Shown piece after piece: positions 8,613-17,706 of a stretch of DNA of 64,000 nucleotides (the stretch's first letter is position 1; the number at the start of each line of letters is the position of its first letter). Source of the stretch: Candidatus Parcubacteria bacterium (lineage in GTDB: Bacteria > Patescibacteriota > Patescibacteriia > Patescibacteriales > UBA12075); assembly GCA_002869165.1 (NCBI GenBank), contig PKTK01000012.1, forward strand, positions 7,275 through 71,274, read 5' to 3'. The position numbers and the translations under genes are program-made. The notes beneath the pieces were generated by a model that ran no database searches, was not told the origin of the DNA, and was given only the letters and a program-made list of their open reading frames with translations.

Positions 8613-8987
8613 ATGTTAACAATCAGATTATCAAGAATTGGTAAAAAGAAAAAACCAATGTATCGACTTATTGTATCTGAAAAAACTAGAGATCCTTATG
8701 GAAGAGCTCTGGAAATTTTAGGTTCATATAATCCTTTTACAAAGGAATTACAAGTAAAAAAAGATAGAATTGAATATTATATAGGAAATGGTGCTGGAAT
8801 GTCTAAAACCATAAATAATCTTTTAATTGAAAAAGATATAATTAAAGGTGAAAAAATAAGAGCTTCGAAGAGCGGAAAAAAGAAAAATACAGAAGAAGAA
8901 GCTAAATCTAGCGGAAAAACAGCTGAAAAACCTGCAGAAGATACTAAAACAGAAGAAGCTCCAAAAGAAGAAGCTAAAGCTGAATAA
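8613..8987 (+). CDS. rpsP: 30S ribosomal protein S16 with a Lys/Glu-rich C-terminal tail
   Basis: MLTIRLSRIGKKKKPMYRLIV..RDPYGRALEILGSYNP is the canonical S16 N-terminus. The start is at an internal Met of ORF 8583. Confidence 0.9.
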   Translation: MLTIRLSRIGKKKKPMYRLIVSEKTRDPYGRALEILGSYNPFTKELQVKKDRIEYYIGNGAGMSKTINNLLIEKDIIKGEKIRASKSGKKKNTEEEAKSSGKTAEKPAEDTKTEEAPKEEAKAE

Positions 8988-9115
8988 GCTAAGTTATTTG
9001 ACAAAAACTGTAAAATATGATATTATTTAAATATCAATTAGCCAATTTAGGCTAAATTATTATTAAAAACCTTTCGAAACAATTCTTTTTAAGAGTTGAT
9101 AGAAAGAAAAAACGT

Positions 9116-9439
9116 ATGGCAGAAAATTTCCAAGACCAAGAATTCCTAGAATTTGTAGTTAAGTCTATTGTAGGAACTCCTGACAAGGTTACTACAGACA
9201 GAACTGTAGACGAAAGAGGTGTTCTTCTAACACTTAACATTGATCCATCAGACATGGGCTATGTTATTGGAAGAAGAGGACAAACAGCACAAGCTATTAG
9301 AACTCTACTAAAAATCGTAGGTGCTAAACACAATGCTCGTGTTAATTTGAAAATCAACGAACCAGAAGGATCTCAAAGAAATGCTCCAAGAATGGATGCT
9401 GATATCGATACTTCTTCTGTTGACGATTTGAAAATCTAG
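9116..9439 (+). CDS. KH-domain RNA-binding protein (UPF0109/KhpA-like)
   Basis: VIGRRGQTAQAIRTLLKIV GxxG KH motif. Sits in the conserved position between rpsP and trmD. Confidence 0.8.
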   Translation: MAENFQDQEFLEFVVKSIVGTPDKVTTDRTVDERGVLLTLNIDPSDMGYVIGRRGQTAQAIRTLLKIVGAKHNARVNLKINEPEGSQRNAPRMDADIDTSSVDDLKI

Positions 9440-9548
9440 ATTTGAAACGCGACGCTACGAATGTCGCACATACGAATCAATAAAAAGACAACAAAATCAA
9501 ATATCAAAAAACCACACGCGCCAAGTTTGTGGTTTTTTGTTCACTTAC

Positions 9549-9586
9549 TGTCATTCCTGGCTGAGCGAAGCGAGGGGAAAGGAATC
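9549..9586. repeat. TGTCATTCC-family palindromic element
   Basis: TGTCATTCCTGGCTGAGCGAAGCGAGGGGAAAGGAATC. Confidence 0.65.
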
Positions 9587-9611
9587 TCGTCAATTCTAAT
9601 CTTCACGATAT

Positions 9612-9666
9612 CCCCTTCCCTATCTGCCGGCAGGCAGGCCTCCTTTCGGTCGCCGGGGATGACAAA
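9612..9666. repeat. TGTCATTCC-family element (GGGGATGACAAA end)
   Basis: CCCCTTCCC...CGGTCGCCGGGGATGACAAA. Confidence 0.55.
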
Positions 9667-9673
9667 TTTTCAC

Positions 9674-10381
9674 ATGACTTTTCACATTATTACAATTTTC
9701 CCTGAAATTTTTAACTCTTATTTTAATGAGAGTATTCTTGGACGTGCGCTAAAAGAAAAGAAAATAAAAATCAACATAGTTAATTTGCGTGACTACACCG
9801 AAGACAAGCACAAAACTGTTGATGATACTCCTTTTGGTGGTGGAGCTGGAATGTTAATAAAAGTAGAGCCACTATACAAAGCCTTAGAGTCTTTGAGTTT
9901 CCAATTTCCAATTTCCAATTTCCAAAAAAATTCAAAATTACAACCACCAAACACAAAAAACAAAGTATTTTTAACTTCTGCTAAAGGGAAAAAATGGAAT
10001 CAGCAACAAGCACAAAAAAATACCCAGCTTGATAATATTATAATAATCTGTGGTCGCTATGAAGGGGTTGATGAGAGAATTTTGAATTGGGTGGATGAAG
10101 AAATATCAATTGGAGATTTTGTTTTAACTGGAGGAGAGATCGGTGCCATGACCATAGTTGACTCTATCACTAGACTAATCCCTGGAGTACTTGGAAATGA
10201 TAACTCGTCTGTGAGTGAATCTCACTCCGAACCTGGAATTCTTGAGTACCCGCAATACACTCGCCCTGAAATTTTTATTGACAAAAAAGGAAGGGAACAC
10301 AAGGTGCCAGATGTACTTTTGTCAGGACATCACAAGAAAATTGAGAAGTGGAGAAAATCTCACAAATCACAAACCACATAA
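9674..10381 (+). CDS. trmD: tRNA (guanine37-N1)-methyltransferase
   Basis: MTFHIITIFPEIF..., GGGAGML and ICGRYEGVDERI motifs. The upstream 213 nt of ORF 9461 are repeat elements. Confidence 0.9.
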   Translation: MTFHIITIFPEIFNSYFNESILGRALKEKKIKINIVNLRDYTEDKHKTVDDTPFGGGAGMLIKVEPLYKALESLSFQFPISNFQKNSKLQPPNTKNKVFLTSAKGKKWNQQQAQKNTQLDNIIIICGRYEGVDERILNWVDEEISIGDFVLTGGEIGAMTIVDSITRLIPGVLGNDNSSVSESHSEPGILEYPQYTRPEIFIDKKGREHKVPDVLLSGHHKKIEKWRKSHKSQTT

Positions 10382-10405
10382 CACATATCACTTTTTATTT
10401 TTTTT

Positions 10406-10438
10406 AAAAGAGAGAGCTTAAAGCTCTCTCTTTTTTTG
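10406..10438. terminator. bidirectional terminator between trmD and ftsH
   Basis: AAAGAGAGAGCTT pairs with AAGCTCTCTCTTT. Confidence 0.7.
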
Positions 10439-10459
10439 TTATGTGATTTATGATACGTG

Positions 10460-12289
10460 TTATGTGATTTCCGGTTTTTCACCAAGAAGTTTTTCAAACT
10501 CTTCTTTTTCAATTGTCTCTTGCTTTAGCAGTAAATCAACTATTTTTTGTAATTCTTCTTTTTTATCTCTAATGATTTCATCGGCTTTTTTAACTGCTCG
10601 ATCAATAAATTTAGAAATTTCAGCGTCAATCTGTTCAGCTATTTTTTCAGAATAATCTTTTTGTTCGTGAATCTCACGACCCAAAAATATCATTTCTTCC
10701 TTTTGCCCAAATGTTCTTGGTCCAAGCTCATCTGACATACCAAAGTCAGTTATTAATTTTCTAGCTGTTTGAGTAGCTCGACGTAAATCAGAAGTAGCCC
10801 CAGTAGTTACTTCATTGTAAATATACTTCTCTGTTAAAAATCCAGCCAATAAAACTGACATCTCTTCTAAGTATTCTGACTTGGTGTGCATATGCTTGTC
10901 TTGACTAGGAAGTTTGAGAGTATAACCACCAGCCCGACCACGAGCAATAATTGATATCTTGTGAACTGGATCAGTGTTTGGCAAAAAATGTGCCACCAAA
11001 GCATGTCCTGCTTCGTGATAAGCTGTTATCTCTCTTTCTTTTTTGGTAATCACTCTTGACTTTCGTTCTGGACCTAACATAGTTTTTTCAATAGCTTCAA
11101 AAAGTTCTTCCATTTCAATGGTTTTGCGATTCTTCCTGGCTGTTAAAATAGCGGCTTCATTTAAAAGATTAGCTAAATCAGCACCAGAAAACCCGGGAGT
11201 TCTTTCAGCGATTCTTCTAAGCTCGACATCTTTTGATAATGGTTTTTTCTTGGCGTGAATTTTAAGTATTGCTTCTCTGTCAGCAATATCAGGATTATCA
11301 AGTATTACTTGTCTGTCAAAACGACCAGGTCTAAGAAGAGCTGGATCCAAAACGTCTGGTCTGTTAGTTGCTGCCATTACTATCACATTGGTATGAGGAT
11401 CAAAACCATCCATTTCAACCAATATTTGATTCAAGGTTTGTTCACGTTCATCATGTGATCCCCCTAGACCAGCACCTCTACGTCTACCAACAGCATCAAT
11501 CTCATCAACAAATACAATACAAGGGGAATTCTTTTTGGCCTTCTTGAATAAATCTCTAACTCTACTCGCACCGACACCAACAAACATCTCAACAAACTCA
11601 GAACCCGAAATATGAAAGAAAGGTACACCAGCCTCTCCGGCCACTGCTCGAGCCATTAGAGTTTTTCCTGTTCCTGGGCTACCAAGAAGCAATACACCAC
11701 GAGGAATACGAGCTCCGAGGTCTAAAAACTTTTTTGGATTGCGTAGAAATTCAACTACCTCGCTAAGCTCTTCTTTTGCTTCTTTTACTCCAGCTACATC
11801 TTTGAAGGTCACTTTATTCTTTTCGTCTTTATTGAACTCCTTGGCACCTGATTGACCAAACATAAGCGCTCTAGAATTAGCTCCTTGAATACTACGCATC
11901 ATGAAATAAATAAATACACCAATCAGCAAAAAAGGCAAAAGGAATGGTAAAATACTTCCCAAAACATAAGATGCTCCTTCATTTTCCCTTATATCAATAT
12001 TTATTTTGGTTGATTTTTCTGGCTCAACACCGTAATTCTTAAATAGCTCTGACAAAGACTCACCAGTTTCTTTTTTCACAACCTCCTTAGTATCATCATG
12101 TAGAGTTACAACCATTTTTGAACCTTCTACTACCACTTCTTTGACCTGTTCATTATTGACCTGTGTAATAAATTCCTGAATTCCTACTCTTTCTGGTTCT
12201 GTGCTAAAACCTGAAAAAGATGAAAAAACCACCGCAATTAACAAAAAAGCGGCTAATATTATTAAAAAATTCTTTAGTAAATTTCCCAT
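10460..12289 (-). CDS. ftsH: ATP-dependent zinc metalloprotease FtsH
   Basis: GPPGTGKT Walker A, DEIDA Walker B, HEAGHAL zinc site, N-terminal TM pair. Confidence 0.95.
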   Translation of the reverse strand: MGNLLKNFLIILAAFLLIAVVFSSFSGFSTEPERVGIQEFITQVNNEQVKEVVVEGSKMVVTLHDDTKEVVKKETGESLSELFKNYGVEPEKSTKINIDIRENEGASYVLGSILPFLLPFLLIGVFIYFMMRSIQGANSRALMFGQSGAKEFNKDEKNKVTFKDVAGVKEAKEELSEVVEFLRNPKKFLDLGARIPRGVLLLGSPGTGKTLMARAVAGEAGVPFFHISGSEFVEMFVGVGASRVRDLFKKAKKNSPCIVFVDEIDAVGRRRGAGLGGSHDEREQTLNQILVEMDGFDPHTNVIVMAATNRPDVLDPALLRPGRFDRQVILDNPDIADREAILKIHAKKKPLSKDVELRRIAERTPGFSGADLANLLNEAAILTARKNRKTIEMEELFEAIEKTMLGPERKSRVITKKEREITAYHEAGHALVAHFLPNTDPVHKISIIARGRAGGYTLKLPSQDKHMHTKSEYLEEMSVLLAGFLTEKYIYNEVTTGATSDLRRATQTARKLITDFGMSDELGPRTFGQKEEMIFLGREIHEQKDYSEKIAEQIDAEISKFIDRAVKKADEIIRDKKEELQKIVDLLLKQETIEKEEFEKLLGEKPEIT

Positions 12290-12316
12290 TTTTTTATCTA
12301 CTTTATTTATAATTAC

Positions 12317-12345
12317 TTGACATTTTTATAAAAAAATGATATAAT
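12317..12345 (+). promoter_or_regulatory. sigma70-type promoter candidate with extended -10
   Basis: TTGACA 12317-12322, 17-nt spacer, TGaTATAAT ending at 12345. Confidence 0.5.
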
Positions 12346-12438
12346 TATAATATATAGTTACTAGTTATTTTTTAGTTTATACCTAAAAAGTATAACGTAT
12401 ATAACGCTATTTGACAATAGAAAAAGGAGGAAAATAGT

Positions 12439-12840
12439 ATGAAATCCAGGATTATTGTGTTTTTTTTGGTTATTTTCAGTCTTTGTTCATGTGTTCAATA
12501 TGACAGGGCGCCAAACCAAGAATTACGCCCTCAACCAAGTCAGGGCGAAGGTTATTCTGTAATTAAAGTTGTCAACACTGCCGGTGATGTTGTTTTCAAT
12601 AGAGGAGTACTAAATGGGCTTATCCTAGCCCACCACCAAATGACTTTTGTTGAAATCCCCTGGGGAGCTCACAGAGTTTGCTGGTCACAAGCTCTACTCA
12701 ACGATAGGGTTGTGACATTCTGCCAAGACTTCATCATCACCAACCGGACTATGTCTATGGTGATTCGTCCACCTCGGAATGAAAGCGTGTTTCGCTACCG
12801 AGGACGAGGCAGTCTCCAGCTGTACGATTTTGACTATTAA
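12439..12840 (+). CDS. putative lipoprotein, compositional outlier
   Basis: AGGAGG RBS. Signal peptide ending in a lipobox-like LCSC. G+C visibly elevated. Confidence 0.6.
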   Translation: MKSRIIVFFLVIFSLCSCVQYDRAPNQELRPQPSQGEGYSVIKVVNTAGDVVFNRGVLNGLILAHHQMTFVEIPWGAHRVCWSQALLNDRVVTFCQDFIITNRTMSMVIRPPRNESVFRYRGRGSLQLYDFDY

Positions 12841-12845
12841 ATAAA

Positions 12846-12881
12846 AGGCGCTTATTCTTTCTACGAATAAGCGCCTCTTTT
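12846..12881 (+). terminator. rho-independent terminator
   Basis: AGGCGCTTATTC pairs with GAATAAGCGCCT, followed by a T-rich tail. Confidence 0.7.
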
Positions 12882-12894
12882 ATTTGAAAAATTT

Positions 12895-13311
12895 TTATGC
12901 TCCAATTATTCCACCAAGTGCCCTGAAAACAAAAGCTGAAATTATGTAAGCGGCTAGTATTATAATCAAACCAATTACTCCTCTGTTTAATGTAGCTTTG
13001 GCCTTAGCAGCCTTATCATCATTACCCGCTGCTGTCATCCAATTAAAACCACCTATAATAATCATAACTAAAAATATAATTCCCAAAAGCCCCAAAAAAG
13101 CTTGTATTATTGTTCCCATTACATCTCCAATCAAAAAATCACCTTCTCCTCCTTGAACATTATAATTACCTCCTCTTCCGCTGTCTTTGAGGTTATTAGT
13201 AACACTATTTTGCCCCTCATTATTTAGTAGCTGAGCATTTACTTAAAAAGCTACTATTAATCCAAAAAGTGAAAATGAAATATTAATTATTTTCTTGTAT
13301 ATTTTTTTCAT
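12895..13311 (-). pseudogene. TrbC/VirB2-like pilin paralogue interrupted by an in-frame TAA (13243-13245)
   Basis: ATG 13311 gives MKKIYKKIINISFSLFGLIVAF, then TAA, then 36 more in-frame sense codons joining ORF 12895-13134. The C-terminal core GGFNWMTAAGNDDKAAKAKATL is conserved. Confidence 0.6.
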
Positions 13312-13313
13312 AT

Positions 13314-13688
13314 TTATCCGACTATTGAATAAACAACAAACTGACTTATAGCATAAGCTGCTACCACTATAATCAAACCAACAGTTGCTCTGATCAAAGT
13401 AGTCTTAGCCTCATCTATCATTTGATCACGACCAGCTGCAATCATCCATCTAAAGCCAGCATATACTATCAAAACCAAAAAGATAATGCCAAGTAGACCC
13501 AAGAACACACTAATGATATCTCCTACAATAGTAGGCAAATCTGTGCTACTCTTACTGGTCTCAAATCCACCTTCTCCACCAACATTCTGCAGTCTATCCA
13601 TCGGACTATCAGCAAAAACAAAATAAGGCATAAGCATCACAGTAACAAGAGCTAGAACGATTAAGGTTGATTTAATAAATTTTAGCAT
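13314..13688 (-). CDS. TrbC/VirB2-like pilin family protein
   Basis: Signal peptide plus core AGFRWMIAAGRDQ..AK..L..VGLIIVVAAYAI. Confidence 0.75.
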   Translation of the reverse strand: MLKFIKSTLIVLALVTVMLMPYFVFADSPMDRLQNVGGEGGFETSKSSTDLPTIVGDIISVFLGLLGIIFLVLIVYAGFRWMIAAGRDQMIDEAKTTLIRATVGLIIVVAAYAISQFVVYSIVG

Positions 13689-13746
13689 ATATTTTTGTTT
13701 TTTATCACCTTTTATATTTAATTTGAATAAAAAGGCAAGTATTTTT

Positions 13747-14139
13747 TTAAAAGTCTAATGTAGATTTTGTTAGATTTTCTATTACAAAGGCGCTCAAAGC
13801 ATACGAAGCTACCACTATTATCATACCCACTATGGCAGCAGTTAATAAACTCTTGGCTTTTTCAATCTGAGATTCATTTCCCCTAGCAGTCATCCAAAGA
13901 AAACCACCATAAATTGCTAAAACCAAAAATATCACACCCAAGAAAGATAAGGCAAATCTAATAATAGTAGCAATCATTGGTTCAACAGAATCAACCTCAG
14001 TGTCATAGCCTGCTCCATTAGAACCAGCTGTATCATCTAACATGTTTTTCCAGTCACCTAAATTTTGTGCCAATGCAAAATCAGGCACAAAAGAAAAAAT
14101 CATAACCATTAATACTAATATCCAAATAAAATATTTCAT
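13747..14139 (-). CDS. TrbC/VirB2-like pilin family protein
   Basis: Signal peptide plus GGFLWMTARGNESQIEKAKSLL..IVGMIIVVASYAL. Confidence 0.75.
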   Translation of the reverse strand: MKYFIWILVLMVMIFSFVPDFALAQNLGDWKNMLDDTAGSNGAGYDTEVDSVEPMIATIIRFALSFLGVIFLVLAIYGGFLWMTARGNESQIEKAKSLLTAAIVGMIIVVASYALSAFVIENLTKSTLDF

Positions 14140-14143
14140 AATT

Positions 14144-14530
14144 TTAACTAAAAATACTTGCTATAGTTACGGTTATAGCATAAGCCGCTAAGACCACAAT
14201 TATACCAATTATTGCATTTTGCAAAGTCTTTTTTGCATCTCCTATTTTATCATCGTTGCCGGCTGAGGTCATCCATTTAAAACCAGCATACAATGCTAAA
14301 ATCAAAAAGAATACCCCAATAAAAGTTAAAACAAATCTAATAATGTCAGCGATTATTTCAGACAATGGCCTATTAATAACAACTGCATTATCTGATCCAT
14401 AAGCGTTTGTGCCAGTCACAAAAGCACCACTATCAGTTTCAAAATCATATGCTTGTGCCAGTCCTTGAAAAGAAAAAAACATCATTAGCAACAATATAAA
14501 AATATAAACTTTTTTATAAAACTTTATCAT
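14144..14530 (-). CDS. TrbC/VirB2-like pilin family protein
   Basis: Signal peptide plus AGFKWMTSAGNDDKIGDAKKTL..IIGIIVVLAAYAI. Confidence 0.75.
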   Translation of the reverse strand: MIKFYKKVYIFILLLMMFFSFQGLAQAYDFETDSGAFVTGTNAYGSDNAVVINRPLSEIIADIIRFVLTFIGVFFLILALYAGFKWMTSAGNDDKIGDAKKTLQNAIIGIIVVLAAYAITVTIASIFS

Positions 14531-14535
14531 AATTA

Positions 14536-14961
14536 CTATCTAGAATATACTCCCGCATCACTAGAGGTTAAGGCACTACCAATAAATACAGTAATAGCAT
14601 AGGCAGCTAGAACTATTATCATACCAATTATCGCAGACTGGATTATAGATTTTGCTTTTTCCACATTCTGTTCATTTCCTCTCGCAAACATCCAAGTAAA
14701 ACCACCATAGATCATCAAAAGAAAAAAGAAAACTCCAACAAGAGACAAAACTATTCCAACAATCCTACCGATAGCTTGAGGAATATCCGTCATAACACTA
14801 TTTCCATTCAAGCCCCCAGTACCAACTTCATTTCCCAAATATCCTGTATTAGCTGCCTCATTAAGACCTTCAAAAGCATTGTTAGCCATAGCAAACAACG
14901 GTGTCATTAATAACACAGCGAATAAAAAACTAAAAATATATTTTCTAAAAAATATTTTCAT
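14536..14961 (-). CDS. TrbC/VirB2-like pilin family protein
   Basis: The internal Met start (MKIFFRKY...) avoids overlap with the upstream gene. Core GGFTWMFARGNEQNVEKAKSII. Confidence 0.7.
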   Translation of the reverse strand: MKIFFRKYIFSFLFAVLLMTPLFAMANNAFEGLNEAANTGYLGNEVGTGGLNGNSVMTDIPQAIGRIVGIVLSLVGVFFFLLMIYGGFTWMFARGNEQNVEKAKSIIQSAIIGMIIVLAAYAITVFIGSALTSSDAGVYSR

Positions 14962-14965
14962 TATT

Positions 14966-15361
14966 TTAACCAATTGAAGTTTGTATTGCATTTAACACAA
15001 AAGTAGCTAAAGCAAATGCTGCTAATATTATAACTAAGCCAATGGTAGCATTAGCTAGTAATTTTTTGGCTTCTGTAACTTTATCTTCATTTCCTCCAGC
15101 TGTCATCCACTTAAAACCTGCAAATAATATTAGGCAAATAGCAACGATTCCCAAAAAACCCAAAACAACATTTATAATATCAGCTACTATTAATCTTGGA
15201 TCCTTTTCAGTGAAGCCTCCCATTTTGTTTCCAACTTCTTCTTTGTTTGGAAATATGTCAACTTTCGTATTGTCAGCTGAAACGCTAAGAGGAGTAGACA
15301 TAAAAGAAAAAGCTAATGACAAAAAGAAGACAAAAGCAAGTGTATTTTTTAAAAATTTCAT
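14966..15361 (-). CDS. TrbC/VirB2-like pilin family protein
   Basis: Signal peptide plus AGFKWMTAGGNEDKVTEAKKLL..IGLVIILAAFAL. Confidence 0.75.
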   Translation of the reverse strand: MKFLKNTLAFVFFLSLAFSFMSTPLSVSADNTKVDIFPNKEEVGNKMGGFTEKDPRLIVADIINVVLGFLGIVAICLILFAGFKWMTAGGNEDKVTEAKKLLANATIGLVIILAAFALATFVLNAIQTSIG

Positions 15362-15374
15362 TTTTTTTATTTAA

Positions 15375-15776
15375 TTATAAATCATTAGTTGTTACTCTAA
15401 AAATCGCATCCAAAACAAATGATGCTAGAGCATAAGACGCTAAAATTATTACCAAACCTATAACACCTGCTGACAAAGTCTTTTTGGCTGAATCAACTTG
15501 ATCGGTATTGCCCGCAGCAGTCATCCATCTAAAGCCAGCATATAGAATAATGCACACTGAAAGTATTCCTAAGAATCCTAATATTAAATTTATGATATTT
15601 GCAGCGATCAGTCTAGGATCATCATTTCCCAGTGCAGTTCGTGACTGAATATTTTCAGCTTGTCCTCCCCAAACAACATTATTTGCACTTCCAGAATTAG
15701 CATCAACTGCTGTGGCTAAACCTAAAAACAAAGAAAAGAGTAAAACAAAACTAAATATTTTTTTTGCTATTTGCAT
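15375..15776 (-). CDS. TrbC/VirB2-like pilin family protein
   Basis: Signal peptide plus AGFRWMTAAGNTDQVDSAKKTL..IGLVIILASYAL. Confidence 0.75.
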   Translation of the reverse strand: MQIAKKIFSFVLLFSLFLGLATAVDANSGSANNVVWGGQAENIQSRTALGNDDPRLIAANIINLILGFLGILSVCIILYAGFRWMTAAGNTDQVDSAKKTLSAGVIGLVIILASYALASFVLDAIFRVTTNDL

Positions 15777-15886
15777 CTTATTTATTTAATTATTAGCACC
15801 TTTTCCCAAATAATAATTTACTTGGGAAAAGGTGCTGCCCAAATATTTGAGCAACACAAAATTTCTAAAACCGGTTTTAGAAAATT

Positions 15887-16351
15887 TTAAAATCCTACGT
15901 TTGAGCCACTTGTTGTTACACGGAAAATAGCATCTAATACAAATGCGGCCAAAGCGTAAGCAGCTAGAATGATAACTAAACCAATCACACCTGAAACCAA
16001 AAGTCTCTTAGCTTCAGTTACCTTGTCCTCGTTACCTGCTGCAGTCATCCATTTAAATCCACCGAACAAGATCAAAACAACAGCTAAAATACCAAGGAAA
16101 CCTAGCATTAGGTTAATGATATTAGCTGCAATGTTTCTTGGATCATCATTTCCAAGAGAAGTTCTTGCTTGAATGTCATTGTTTCTAGTGTCCCATAGAG
16201 TATTGTTGGCACCTCCAACTTGAGTATTCCACCCTGTTCCACCTCCGACATCATTGTCATTACCTGCCATTGCTACTGTAGCGCTAAGCATAGAGAAAGC
16301 GAATACAAAAATAACAATAGCAGTGCTTATTTTTTTCAAAAATTTTGTCAT
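15887..16351 (-). CDS. TrbC/VirB2-like pilin family protein, first gene of the array
   Basis: Signal peptide plus GGFKWMTAAGNEDKVTEAKRLL..IGLVIILAAYAL. Followed by two hairpins at 15777-15886. Confidence 0.75.
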   Translation of the reverse strand: MTKFLKKISTAIVIFVFAFSMLSATVAMAGNDNDVGGGTGWNTQVGGANNTLWDTRNNDIQARTSLGNDDPRNIAANIINLMLGFLGILAVVLILFGGFKWMTAAGNEDKVTEAKRLLVSGVIGLVIILAAYALAAFVLDAIFRVTTSGSNVGF

Positions 16352-16606
16352 AAGTCACCCCCTATTCTATTTTATTTCAAAACAAAAAATTATTTCATTC
16401 CGAAATATATTTTAGTTATTAACATTTTCTTAATTTTACCATTTTTCTAAACTTTCTACAACATTTTTTTGGTTTTTTTTCAAATTTTTCTATTTTTCTT
16501 GATATTTTCTAAAAATCATTGTATTATTTTTGAGTAACTTGTAGTTTGTAACTTTTATCTTTTAGTTGCCCTAGAAGCTAAAAGCTAAGAACTAAAAACT
16601 AAATAA

Positions 16607-17671
16607 ATGTCATTATCAATTGGTATTGTCGGATTACCTAATGTTGGCAAATCTACACTATTCAACGCTCTGACTAACAAAAAAGCAGAGGCCTCAAATT
16701 ATCCTTTTTGTACAATTGATCCTAACGTAGGAATTGTAAAAGTTCCTGATGCTAGACTGGAAAAATTGGCTAATATTTCAAAATCTAAAAAAACAATCCC
16801 CACAACTATCGAATTTGTAGATATTGCCGGGCTGGTTAGTGGTGCTAGTGAGGGTGAAGGCTTAGGAAATAAATTTTTAGCTAATATAAGAGAATGTGAT
16901 GCTATTTGTATGGTTATCAGAAATTTTGAAGATGCTAATATCAATCATGTAAATGGAAAAATTGATCCTAAAGAAGACAAAGAAACAATTGAAATTGAAC
17001 TAATATTAGCTGACCTAAAAACTGTTGAAAAACGACTTGAGAAAGCCACCAAAGAAGCAAGATCAAATGATAAACTAGCTATAAAAAACAAAGAAATGCT
17101 AACTAGACTAGAAAAGCATTTGACAGACAACCAGCCAGCCAGGAGTTTTTCTCTGCTTGACGATGATGAAAAATCTCTTATAAGAGACCTTCACTTGTTA
17201 ACTATCAAGCCGATTCTTTATGTTATAAACACTCATGATAATAATGATGCTCAGATCGATTTTCAAAACGCCAAAGTTCTGAAACTTAATATAAAACAAG
17301 AAGAAGAAATATCATCACTATCAGAAGAAGAGCAAAAGGAATATATCGAAGAACTAGGACTTGAATCAAGCGGACTTGATAAACTCATCAAAGCATCATA
17401 TGAACTACTTGGTCTGATTACTTACTTTACATCTGGTGAACCAGAAACAAGAGCCTGGACTGTCAGGGAAGGATCAAAGGCACCTCAAGCAGCTGCAGTA
17501 ATCCACACTGATTTCGAAAAAGCTTTTATAAGAGCTGAGGTGGTAAACGTTGACACCTTCATAGATCTTGGTGGCTGGACCGGAGCCAAAGAAGCAGGCA
17601 AATGCGCCACCGAAGGAAAAGATTATATTGTAAAAGATGGTGATGTTTGTTATTTCCTAATCAATAAATAA
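16607..17671 (+). CDS. ychF: ribosome-binding ATPase YchF
   Basis: GIVGLPNVGKSTLFNALT P-loop, DIAGLV, C-terminal TGS-like GKDYIVKDGDV. Confidence 0.9.
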   Translation: MSLSIGIVGLPNVGKSTLFNALTNKKAEASNYPFCTIDPNVGIVKVPDARLEKLANISKSKKTIPTTIEFVDIAGLVSGASEGEGLGNKFLANIRECDAICMVIRNFEDANINHVNGKIDPKEDKETIEIELILADLKTVEKRLEKATKEARSNDKLAIKNKEMLTRLEKHLTDNQPARSFSLLDDDEKSLIRDLHLLTIKPILYVINTHDNNDAQIDFQNAKVLKLNIKQEEEISSLSEEEQKEYIEELGLESSGLDKLIKASYELLGLITYFTSGEPETRAWTVREGSKAPQAAAVIHTDFEKAFIRAEVVNVDTFIDLGGWTGAKEAGKCATEGKDYIVKDGDVCYFLINK

Positions 17672-17706
17672 AAGTGGGTTATAGTAACTAGAATATATAA
17701 TGAAAA

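Noticed and set aside
9461-9673. N-terminal 71 codons of the ORF-track trmD prediction
   Set aside because: This stretch consists of TGTCATTCC-family repeat elements that happen to lack stops. Canonical TrmD homology begins at MTFHIITIFPEIF (9674).
15042-16172. Plus-strand ORFs 15042-15374 and 15969-16172 (and similar antisense ORFs listed inside ftsH, comM, ppsA, the island cargo genes and others)
   Set aside because: These are shadow ORFs antisense to well-supported genes, with low-complexity Ser/Leu/Phe-rich translations.
12895-16351. Diversity-generating retroelement acting on the pilin variable regions
   Set aside because: There is no reverse transcriptase gene and no template/variable repeat pair with adenine-specific differences in the window.
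16533-16606. Shared upstream motif (TAGTTTGT, CTAAAAGCTA, CTAAATAAATG) before ychF and rpsR (21026-21120) as a specific regulatory element
   Set aside because: The similarity is limited to short low-complexity words that also form local hairpins. This is insufficient to distinguish it from the genome-wide word-built hairpin habit, so it is mentioned only under that finding.
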